A DNA stretch of 60,622 bases, filler included. It is 5 parts of 5 records of this genome, joined end to end, with 100 filler letters (N's around TTAATTAATTAA, not from the genome) between each part and the next. Parts side by side here need not be neighbours in the genome. Positions count along the whole stretch, not along the records: positions 1 to 14,918 come from SRR22947725_555; positions 15,019 to 31,526 come from SRR22947725_561; 3 more parts are not named here. One strand, 5' to 3'. Both the position numbers and the translations under genes were made by a program. Below, piece after piece: positions 9,671 to 18,196 of this stretch (position 1 is its first letter; the number at the start of each line of letters is the position of its first letter). The notes under the pieces were generated by a model. That model was not told the DNA's origin, did no database searches, and worked only from the letters and a program-made list of their open reading frames with translations.

Positions 9671-9862
9671 ATGAATATAAAAAAAAATAATAAAAAAATA
9701 GTAACATGTAACGGGTGTTTATATTTCTTTGTTACTTACAAAAAAGAAAGACCCTGGGGCTGTAAAAAATTTGGTTTTATTTCAAAATTTTTACCAGCAA
9801 GAGAAGTATTTAGCACAACTGGTATAGAATGTGCATATAGAACTGAGAAAATTTCTAATTAA
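9671..9862 (+). CDS. Small four-cysteine putative metal-binding protein
   Basis: CNGCLYFFVTY...PWGCKKFGF...TGIECAY pattern (CxxC-x14-C-x22-C). Confidence 0.7.
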   Translation: MNIKKNNKKIVTCNGCLYFFVTYKKERPWGCKKFGFISKFLPAREVFSTTGIECAYRTEKISN

Positions 9863-9899
9863 TTTGTCTGTAAATTTTTAATATTTGTAAGGTTTAAAA

Positions 9900-10613
9900 A
9901 TGGATACAAAAATGGAAGCTGTTCAAGAAAGCATCAAACTAGCTTTAGATGCTGCAGATGCAGCTACTGATGTAACATCAGAATATAATAAAGTTAAAAA
10001 AGCTCATGCATTATTGGAGGCTAAAGTGAAACAAATTCATAAGTATACTACAGTTGTATTTCTATCTTCTATTGTGTCAGGCTTAGCTGTTATTATATTT
10101 AGTGCAATTTTATTTATGCAGTCTTCAAATAAACTTACTAATATGACAGAAACTAGTAGAGAAGCTCTTGTAGTTTTTGCAGAAAATGTTGATGGCGTTA
10201 ATGCTTCATTAAAAAATCTTGATACAGCAATTAAAAAACAAGGTGACTTATTAGAAATTAATGAAAAACTAGTTATTACGCTTGATAAAATAGAAAAAAG
10301 AGTCCAGAAATCAAATGAAAACACAGTCGGAGAATTACAACTAATAACTAAGACTTTGATAGATGAAATAAGTAAAAACACGCAAGCTAATATTGACAAT
10401 AACAAAAAACTTAATGCCAATTTAGAAAAACTAAACAAATCAAATAGTAGGACAATTTCTAAAGCAATTCAGCAAATAAGTAATAAGGCAATTTATAAAC
10501 AAATAGTTGCTAATCAAGCAATACAGGCGCAACAAATTTCAAAACTTGTAAAGCAGAATAATAGTGTTTTAGGAAAAATTGCAGATAAAACAAGCAGGAT
10601 TAAATATCCTTGA
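9900..10613 (+). CDS. Bitopic coiled-coil membrane protein; candidate MotF-like motor component
   Basis: 237 aa, single TM at about residues 52-73, long heptad-rich C-terminal region, just downstream of flhB. Confidence 0.55.
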   Translation: MDTKMEAVQESIKLALDAADAATDVTSEYNKVKKAHALLEAKVKQIHKYTTVVFLSSIVSGLAVIIFSAILFMQSSNKLTNMTETSREALVVFAENVDGVNASLKNLDTAIKKQGDLLEINEKLVITLDKIEKRVQKSNENTVGELQLITKTLIDEISKNTQANIDNNKKLNANLEKLNKSNSRTISKAIQQISNKAIYKQIVANQAIQAQQISKLVKQNNSVLGKIADKTSRIKYP

Positions 10614-10626
10614 TAAATATTAATTT

Positions 10627-11361
10627 ATGGATAAAAAAATGGATGATGAAAATCTTTCTGACCAAGCTACTGACCAAAAAAAATTTTTACAAATAAAATC
10701 AATTAGAACTTCATCGAATGCTTTTTTAATGAAGCTAAAAGAAGGCGATATATTAATTGCATTAGATGGAAAAGAAGTTCATCAATCTTATGAAGATTTG
10801 TCTAAGGAATTAAAAGAAATAAAGGAAAGAAAAGTACTCACTTTATGCAGAGAAGGGGTTTTCTTTAATACGTTTGTTGAAGGTTCTTTAGGAGTGATTT
10901 GTGAACAAGTCGAATATGATAAAGTGCCTGAACTCAATAACTTTAAACTAAATGATTTTTTTAAATCAGATGTACTTTATCATCAATATGAATTATTTAA
11001 AAAACCTGAATCAATAGCAATTTTACTTAATACATCACCAACAATACTTGCTAGTCTAGCACCACCACTTTGGATGATTCAAAATCGGTTGTGGACATTA
11101 TTTTCTATCACTATGTTATTTTATTTTTTTCTTTTTATGATTTCTCCATGGTTATTTTTTATAGGTTGGATATTGAAATCTTGGTATGTAGGAACTTCAC
11201 AAGTAGATATTTTAAGGCTTTTTTATAGACTTGGAAATTATAGACTAAGTTCAATTTTTTGTGCAGAAAGTGAAAAAGAGGCCCAAGAATTATCTAGAAA
11301 ATTTGATAACAAAATTGATTTTTATTATTCTTATTTAGAACCAGCTATTTTAGAAGATTAA
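10627..11361 (+). CDS. PDZ-like domain fused to a membrane domain (DUF2628-like)
   Basis: SSNAFLMKLKEGDILIALDGKEV resembles a PDZ core; C-terminal PPLWMIQNRLW plus TM helices. Confidence 0.55.
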   Translation: MDKKMDDENLSDQATDQKKFLQIKSIRTSSNAFLMKLKEGDILIALDGKEVHQSYEDLSKELKEIKERKVLTLCREGVFFNTFVEGSLGVICEQVEYDKVPELNNFKLNDFFKSDVLYHQYELFKKPESIAILLNTSPTILASLAPPLWMIQNRLWTLFSITMLFYFFLFMISPWLFFIGWILKSWYVGTSQVDILRLFYRLGNYRLSSIFCAESEKEAQELSRKFDNKIDFYYSYLEPAILED

Positions 11362-11371
11362 TTTTGAAAAA

Positions 11372-12079
11372 CTAACTGCTATTAGCCTTTATGACTTCAC
11401 CTTTATAAATTTTATCGCTAAATATCTCATTTATTATCAATTTTGCAACATGAATTGGCTTGTTTAAATTTTTTGATCCCTCACCTGGCATTGCTATTTT
11501 TCTCATTGGTGTATCGGTTTTCCCAGGGTCAATTATAGAAATAGATAGGTTATTATGTTTATTTTCTAATGCCCATATCTTAACTATATGTTCAAGAGCT
11601 GCCTTTGAAACAGAATAAGCTCCCCAAAATGGTTTAGGTTTGCTAGCTAAAGAAGAACTCAAAAATAATGCTTTTGGTTTTTTACTATTTTTTAATAATG
11701 CATCAAATGAACGTATTAATCTATGGTTACTTATTGCATTAATATTTAAAACTTCTATAAATTCTTCGTTAATTTGATGATGAATGGGGCCTAAGGTGCC
11801 TAGAGTAGCTGCGTTTGAAATCATAATATCTAACTTTTTCCACCTTTTAAAGATCTCCATTCCCAATCTGTCAATACCTAAAAAATCTTTCATATCTAAT
11901 TGAGCAACGGTACAAGTTCCATTATTGGACAAAATAGCGTCTTCGGTTTTTTTAAGACCTGATAAGTTTTTATCAGTAATTATTGTATGTATATTTTTCT
12001 GGGCTAATTGTTGAGCTGTTTCTGCTCCAATACCACTGCCGGCTCCAGTGATTAAGGCATTTAATTTATTTTCAGTCAT
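11372..12079 (-). CDS. Short-chain dehydrogenase/reductase (YciK-like)
   Basis: TGAGSGIG, YSVSK catalytic motif, DPGKTDT; overlaps the purF end. Confidence 0.9.
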   Translation of the reverse strand: MTENKLNALITGAGSGIGAETAQQLAQKNIHTIITDKNLSGLKKTEDAILSNNGTCTVAQLDMKDFLGIDRLGMEIFKRWKKLDIMISNAATLGTLGPIHHQINEEFIEVLNINAISNHRLIRSFDALLKNSKKPKALFLSSSLASKPKPFWGAYSVSKAALEHIVKIWALENKHNNLSISIIDPGKTDTPMRKIAMPGEGSKNLNKPIHVAKLIINEIFSDKIYKGEVIKANSS

Positions 12080-13496
12080 TCGTCTTTGAGTTTATTTTAA
12101 GTATCTCTGAAACATCTATTGGATAGTCACCAGTAAAACAATGGTCTGTAAATTGAGGTGACTTAGTATTTCTTTCATTAAAACCCATAGCTTTATAAGT
12201 GCCATTTAAGGATAAGAAAAACAGTGAATTTGCACCTACGATTTTAGTCATTTCTTCTAGGTTAAATTTAGAAGCTATTAACTCACTATAATTGGGCGTA
12301 TCAATGCCATAGAAATCAGGATGTTTTATTGGTGGGCATGATATACCCAAATGTACTTCTTTAGCTCCTGCTTCAAAAACCATTTTTACAATTTTATTTG
12401 CGGTAGTTCCTCTTACTATTGAATCATCAATAAGAATTACTCTTTTGTTTTCAATACATGATTTATTTACGCTATGCTTAAGTTTCACGCCAAATTGTCT
12501 AATTGTTTGTGAAGGTTCAATGAAAGTACGTCCAACATAATGACTTCTTATTATTCCTAACTCAAATGGTATAGATGATTTTTGGGAGAACCCAATGGCT
12601 GCCGAAACACCAGAATCTGGTATAGGCACAATTACATCTGCGGATATTTTGTTTTCTATAGCTAGTTGTTCGCCTAAAGATTTTCTATAAGTATAAACAG
12701 TTTTGTTATCGACTATACTGTCGGGACTAGCAAAATAAATCCGCTCAAAAATACAAGGCCTTTCTGGTATTTTGTTTAAAGGTTTGATAGATTCAATACC
12801 ATTATCAGTAATGACAACTATCTCTCCATTTTCAACATCCCGAATGTATTTAGCTCCAATCATATCTAATGCACATGTTTCTGAAGCTAATACTGGTGAA
12901 CCGTTTTTATCACCCAAAACCAGTGGTCTGATACCCAAGGGGTCTCTTACACCAATAAGCTTCTTATTCGTTAGAATAATAAGAGAGTAAGCTCCTTGAA
13001 TTTGAGAAAGGGCATCTGTAAGTTTATCAATTAATTTTTTTTTTCTAGATCTTGCCACTAATTGAAGTATTATTTCTGTGTCTGAAGAAGTTTGAAAAAT
13101 TGATCCACTCTCAACTAATTGTTTTTTAATTGAGAAAGTATTAGTTAGATTACCATTGTGAGCACAAGCAAAGCCTCCCATTGCTAGGTTTGCAAATAGA
13201 GGCTGTAAATTTTCTGGTTTTGATTCTCCTGTTGTAGAATAACGAACATGGCCAATTGCAGTTTTTCCAGGAAGTTGAGATAATATATCAGTGTTATTAA
13301 AATTATCTCCTACTAATCCTTGCTTTCTTACGGAGTGAAAATTTCGACCATCAAAACTAACTATTCCCGCACCTTCTTGTCCTCTATGTTGGAGTGAGTG
13401 AAGTCCAAGAGTAGTTAGCACAGAAGCTTCCTCTGTTCCAAATATGCCAAATACACCGCACTCATCTTTAATTCGGTCTGTATATTTGCAATACAT
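12072..13496 (-). CDS. purF: Amidophosphoribosyltransferase
   Basis: Propeptide then CGVFG, QHRGQE, GHVRYST, HNGNL, PRPP loop LIDDSIVRGTT. Confidence 0.97.
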   Translation of the reverse strand: MYCKYTDRIKDECGVFGIFGTEEASVLTTLGLHSLQHRGQEGAGIVSFDGRNFHSVRKQGLVGDNFNNTDILSQLPGKTAIGHVRYSTTGESKPENLQPLFANLAMGGFACAHNGNLTNTFSIKKQLVESGSIFQTSSDTEIILQLVARSRKKKLIDKLTDALSQIQGAYSLIILTNKKLIGVRDPLGIRPLVLGDKNGSPVLASETCALDMIGAKYIRDVENGEIVVITDNGIESIKPLNKIPERPCIFERIYFASPDSIVDNKTVYTYRKSLGEQLAIENKISADVIVPIPDSGVSAAIGFSQKSSIPFELGIIRSHYVGRTFIEPSQTIRQFGVKLKHSVNKSCIENKRVILIDDSIVRGTTANKIVKMVFEAGAKEVHLGISCPPIKHPDFYGIDTPNYSELIASKFNLEEMTKIVGANSLFFLSLNGTYKAMGFNERNTKSPQFTDHCFTGDYPIDVSEILKINSKTND

Positions 13497-13521
13497 TAAT
13501 TCTGCCTTATAAATAGTTAAT

Positions 13522-14043
13522 CTAAATTTTTTGTTCTTTTGTGACTATAACGTCTTCATCTAAGAAAATTTCTTTCAAAATATCACCAATATTATCTAGG
13601 TAATGAAAAGAGTATGCCTCAAGAAGCCATTCTGGCAAATTTTCACCTACTAAATACTTAAAGCCTAAAAATAATAAAACAACAATTAAAACTCCACGAA
13701 AAGCACCAAAAATAAAGCCAATCAATTTATCAAATAATAACACTTCGGATGTATTAAATTTTGGTGATAACCATGTTGTAATTAAGTGACAAACAAACAA
13801 AGAGGTTAAGAATGGAACTGCAAAAGCAACAACATCTATAATAATTTTTTGAGTAACGTATTCAGATATAATAATTCTAAATTTATCAAAGAAGTTAAAT
13901 GCTATTACAATTGAAAACACCCAAGAAAGTACGCTAAAAATTTCTTTAACAAAACCTCTAAAGGCAGCAACGACACAAGATGTTAATATAATGGATATTA
14001 TTAGAATATCTATTCCATTAAAAATATTATTTAAGAAGTCCAT
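13522..14043 (-). CDS. cvpA: CvpA (colicin V production) family membrane protein
   Basis: RGFVKE, DKLIGFIFGAFRG; canonical position upstream of purF. Confidence 0.9.
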   Translation of the reverse strand: MDFLNNIFNGIDILIISIILTSCVVAAFRGFVKEIFSVLSWVFSIVIAFNFFDKFRIIISEYVTQKIIIDVVAFAVPFLTSLFVCHLITTWLSPKFNTSEVLLFDKLIGFIFGAFRGVLIVVLLFLGFKYLVGENLPEWLLEAYSFHYLDNIGDILKEIFLDEDVIVTKEQKI

Positions 14044-14047
14044 TGAT

Positions 14048-14918
14048 TTAATTTGCCTCAGAGTTCTTGCTAATTAGTTCAACTAGGTCTTTTAACAGTG
14101 CAACATTATTATAACTCATGTTTTTATTATCTATAACTTTTTGCTTTATGGGAAGGGTAAAACTATCGAAACCTAATTTAAAAGCTTCTTTAATTCTTAA
14201 TTCTGGTTGGGTAACTTTTCTAACTTCACCTGACAATCCAATTTCACCAAAAAAAACACTTTTTTCATCTATTGCAATATTCTTTACTGAAGAGATTATC
14301 GCCGCCGCAACAGCCAAATCAGCAGCAGGCTCAAAAATCTTTATACCTCCAACTATATTTAAGAAAATATCCATATTAGATAAATGAATTTTGCATCTTG
14401 CTTCTAAGACTGCACACAACATAGAAAGTCTTGAAATATCCCAACCAACAATTGTTCTTCTTGGAGAGGCTAGTGATGATGGGGTAACAAGCGCTTGAAT
14501 TTCAACGAGTATTGGTCTTGTGCCCTCAAGGCCAGCAAAAACAGCGTTACCAGGAATATTTTTTTGTCGATCAAGTAAAAACAATGAGGAAGGATTTGAA
14601 ATCTCTTTTAGTCCATTAGATAACATTTCAAAAACACCAATTTCATTAGTAGGTCCAAATCTATTTTTAATGCTTCTTAAAATACGAAACTGAAAATTAT
14701 TATCACCTTCAAAATACAGAACTGTATCTACCATATGTTCTAAGACTCTTGGACCAGCAATATTTCCATCTTTAGTAACATGTCCAATTAAAATTAGAAT
14801 AGTATTAGTTTTTTTTGCAGCAATTATTAATTCATGAGTAGTGGCCCTTACCTGAGACACTGTCCCTGGAGCACTATCTAATTGGGGCAAATACATTGTT
14901 TGAATTGAGTCAACAACA
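14048..14918 (-). CDS. radA: DNA repair protein RadA/Sms (5' part lost at contig end)
   Basis: VVDSIQT, GHVTKDG, KNRFG motif, Lon-like C-terminal domain (GEIGLSGEVR). Confidence 0.95.
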
Positions 14919-15018
14919 NNNNNNNNNNNNNNNNNNNNNNNNNNNNNNNNNNNNNNNNNNNNTTAATTAATTAANNNNNNNNNNNNNNNNNNNNNNNNNN
15001 NNNNNNNNNNNNNNNNNN
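14919..15018. other. Artificial contig spacer
   Basis: 44 N + TTAATTAATTAA (stops in six frames) + 44 N. Confidence 0.98.
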
Positions 15019-16212
15019 CAAATAGCCAAAGGAAATTATAAGAAAATCATACCTGAGATAGGTAAGGACGAGTTAGGAACATTGGTAAGATCCTTTAATA
15101 CGATGACATATCAACTAGATACTGCTACTAAAAATTCTAAAAAAAATAGGAAAAGATTGGAGGATGCTAGAGCATTTTTAGATGCCACTCTAACAAATTT
15201 AGCAACAGCAATTGTGGTCATTGATAAAAAAAATAAAATAAAATTGTACAATAAATCCGCAGCAAATTTATTGGGTTTCAAGGCATCAAATATGGTTGAT
15301 GAAAACTTAACAGATGCTATAAAAGATTTGAAAAAATTTGATGCTGTCATAAAATTTATTGATGAAGCCCAAGAAAAAAATAACAAATCCCTATATAGTA
15401 CAAAAGAAATTTCTATAGGCTTACAAAGCGAAGAAAAAACCTTAATTCTAAAACTATCATCTTTGTTAGAAAGCTCCGAAAAATCGTATATTCTAGTTTT
15501 AGAAGATATATCAACTATTGCAAAAGCACAGAGACAAATTGCATGGGGTGAAATAGCTAGAAGATTAGCACACGAGATTAAAAATCCGCTTACGCCAATT
15601 CAGCTATCAGCAGAAAGAGTTCAAAATAGGATAGTAAATAAATTAAACAAAACGGATAAAGATTTATTGAATAAATCAACCACTATAATAATAAAGCAAG
15701 TGGATGCATTGAAGTTAATGGTCAATGAATTTGCAGAGTATGCTCGCTCACCAAAGATAGTGAGAAAAACAATAGATATTATTGAGCTTCTAGATGAAAT
15801 TTCCTACCTGTATTCAGATCAACATTTTGAAATTAAAAAAAATTATCCAAAAAATAGAAGATCTATAAAAATAGATGAAAATAAATTCAGACAAGTCCTA
15901 ATAAATATTTTTGATAATTCAAAAGCAGCTCTTAAAAATGTTAAAAACCCAAAAGTTTCTATAACATTAAAATTTGATAGAGATTTAATCAGACTTAAAT
16001 TTGAAGATAATGGTATTGGTATACCAAAAGAAATTATTGATAAAATATATGAGCCTTATGTTACATCTAAGAAGGCAGGAACAGGTTTAGGTCTAGCAAT
16101 TGTTTATAAAATAATTGAAGATCATTCTGGGATAATAGAAATTAAAAATACAAAACCAAGTGGCGTATGCATAAAAATAACACTTCCAGTTGAGGATCAT
16201 AAAATTGGATAA
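15019..16212 (+). CDS. ntrY: NtrY-like HAMP-PAS histidine kinase (5'-truncated)
   Basis: HAMP (DELGTLVRSFN), PAS, H-box AWGEIARRLAHEIKNPLTPIQLSAER, G-boxes DNGIGI and GTGLGL. Confidence 0.85.
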   Translation, partial: QIAKGNYKKIIPEIGKDELGTLVRSFNTMTYQLDTATKNSKKNRKRLEDARAFLDATLTNLATAIVVIDKKNKIKLYNKSAANLLGFKASNMVDENLTDAIKDLKKFDAVIKFIDEAQEKNNKSLYSTKEISIGLQSEEKTLILKLSSLLESSEKSYILVLEDISTIAKAQRQIAWGEIARRLAHEIKNPLTPIQLSAERVQNRIVNKLNKTDKDLLNKSTTIIIKQVDALKLMVNEFAEYARSPKIVRKTIDIIELLDEISYLYSDQHFEIKKNYPKNRRSIKIDENKFRQVLINIFDNSKAALKNVKNPKVSITLKFDRDLIRLKFEDNGIGIPKEIIDKIYEPYVTSKKAGTGLGLAIVYKIIEDHSGIIEIKNTKPSGVCIKITLPVEDHKIG

Positions 16213-17431
16213 GCAAAAAACTAAAATTCTGGTTATTGATGATGAAAAGGATATCAGAGACTCTTTAAAAGATATTCTTACCGATGAGGGTTATAAAATT
16301 TTCCTTGCTGCCAATGCCTCAGAAGCAAAAGAAAAAAAATTATCAGAAAAAATAGACCTAATTTTGCTTGATATATGGATGCCAGATATAGATGGATTAT
16401 CTTTACTTAAAGAGTGGGCAGGCAATAATGAAATTAACTGCCCTGTTATTATGATGTCTGGACATGGAACTATAGATACTGCTATAGAAGCAACAAAAAT
16501 AGGGGCTACAGATTTCTTAGAAAAACCAATCTCTTTGCAAAAACTTCTTAAGACTATTTCAAGCTCATTAAAAAACGCATCTATAATAAAAAAAATAGAT
16601 AAAGTTTTTTTTGAAGAATGTAGGCTGAACTATATAAAAGATATTGAAATTGAGATTAATCAGCTGAAGTCTTCTGAATTAATCTCATTGGTTGGCGAAA
16701 AATCTAATCTTACAGATATTTTTATTTCAATTGTATTTAACACTAATTATTATTTAGTAAAAAAACCTTCAGATATAAATGAAAACTTATTAAATTTAAT
16801 TGAGACTTCAGGGTTAAGATTTGTATTAATTGATAATTGCTTTGATGGAACAAAGAAATATGAAGATTATAAAAAAATATTTAACGAATTAATTTCAAAA
16901 AAAATCAAGATTCTAATTTTGGAAAAAGAACAATCTAGTCTGGATATATTTTTTAAAAATGAAAAAAATATTCCTATATTTAAATTTCCAAAATTATCAG
17001 ATGATAAAGATATTATTCCTGATTTATCGAATGCATTACTTACATTTCATTTAAACAAAAATCCTAATATATTATTTAAAGTTTTAGATAGTTCGGCACT
17101 CAATTCATTAAGAAATTATCCTGAGATAGAAAAGATAGATCAACTAGATGAAATTATTATTTCATTAATAAAAAAATCAACCAACGAACTTATAAAAAAA
17201 GAAGATGTTGAAAGTCTTTTAAGTGAAAATAATAATGTTAAAAAAAATCTGGACACTGATATTAATTTTTTATATGAAAAGCCTCTCAAAGAATCAAGAG
17301 ATTTGTTTGAAGCCATGTACCTAAGTTTTCATCTTAGTCAAAATAAATCTATAACTGAATTATCAAAAAAAACAGGAATTGAAAGAACACATCTTTATCG
17401 AAAATTAAAGCAATTAGGAATTAAGATCTAA
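16205..17431 (+). CDS. ntrX: NtrX-like response regulator (REC, degenerate AAA+, Fis HTH)
   Basis: VIDDE, LLDIWMP, SGHG, FLEKP; C-terminal GIERTHLYRKLK. Likely TTG start at 16205 with GAGGA upstream. Confidence 0.8.
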   Translation: MDKQKTKILVIDDEKDIRDSLKDILTDEGYKIFLAANASEAKEKKLSEKIDLILLDIWMPDIDGLSLLKEWAGNNEINCPVIMMSGHGTIDTAIEATKIGATDFLEKPISLQKLLKTISSSLKNASIIKKIDKVFFEECRLNYIKDIEIEINQLKSSELISLVGEKSNLTDIFISIVFNTNYYLVKKPSDINENLLNLIETSGLRFVLIDNCFDGTKKYEDYKKIFNELISKKIKILILEKEQSSLDIFFKNEKNIPIFKFPKLSDDKDIIPDLSNALLTFHLNKNPNILFKVLDSSALNSLRNYPEIEKIDQLDEIIISLIKKSTNELIKKEDVESLLSENNNVKKNLDTDINFLYEKPLKESRDLFEAMYLSFHLSQNKSITELSKKTGIERTHLYRKLKQLGIKI

Positions 17432-18196
17432 TTCCGTGACTATAGGTACATGATCGGATGGTCTTTCAAGAGAGCGTGTAGAATTGTCAATGTATGCTTT
17501 TTTTAAAAAAGGCAATAGCTTGTTTGATAGAAGTATATGGTCTATCCGCATTCCTAAGTTTCTTTTAAATGGAATTCTATAATCCCACCATGAAAATTGA
17601 ATCTCATTTGGATTTATTTTTCTAAATGTATCAATAAATCCTGTTTCAAGAAATTTATTAAAGTAGTCACGTTCCTGGGGTGAGGTTAAAATTTTCTCAC
17701 CCCATGATTTAGATTCATAACAATCTAACTTTGAAGGAGCTATATTAAAATCTCCAGTAATGATATTTGCTATATCAGAATTTTGTGTTTGTAGAAAATT
17801 TAGAAAGGACTTAAGCCAATTAATTTTATATTCAAATTTTTCTGAGTTGAGAGCTTGGCCGTTAGGTACATATGCAGAAAAGATTCTCTGACTAAAACCA
17901 TTACTGTTTGTGTATATACCGGATATTAATCTTTTTTGCTCATCATGAAATTTAGGTATATCTAACTGAACATCTGTCAGTTCTTTATTACTAATTATGG
18001 CGACTCCATTGTAAGTATTTTGTCCATTATGATATGAAAATAGCCCATTTTTTTTGAAGATATCATGAGGAAAGTTATCGTTGTTTTGCTTTGTTTCTTG
18101 CAAACAAAGTACATCGGGTCGATTTAAAATTATCCAGTCTAAGACTTGAGGGAGACGAACTTTTAAAGAATTAACATTCCATGAAGCTATCTTCAT
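17414..18196 (-). CDS. xthA: Exodeoxyribonuclease III
   Basis: SWNVNS, LQETK, YVPNG, GDFN, WWDYR, RIDH, SDHVP. Confidence 0.95.
   Translation of the reverse strand: MKIASWNVNSLKVRLPQVLDWIILNRPDVLCLQETKQNNDNFPHDIFKKNGLFSYHNGQNTYNGVAIISNKELTDVQLDIPKFHDEQKRLISGIYTNSNGFSQRIFSAYVPNGQALNSEKFEYKINWLKSFLNFLQTQNSDIANIITGDFNIAPSKLDCYESKSWGEKILTSPQERDYFNKFLETGFIDTFRKINPNEIQFSWWDYRIPFKRNLGMRIDHILLSNKLLPFLKKAYIDNSTRSLERPSDHVPIVTELDLNS

Noticed and set aside
14963-14974. TTAATTAATTAA repeated four times across the window
   Set aside because: Always centred in 44+44 Ns; a synthetic six-frame stop linker, not a biological repeat.
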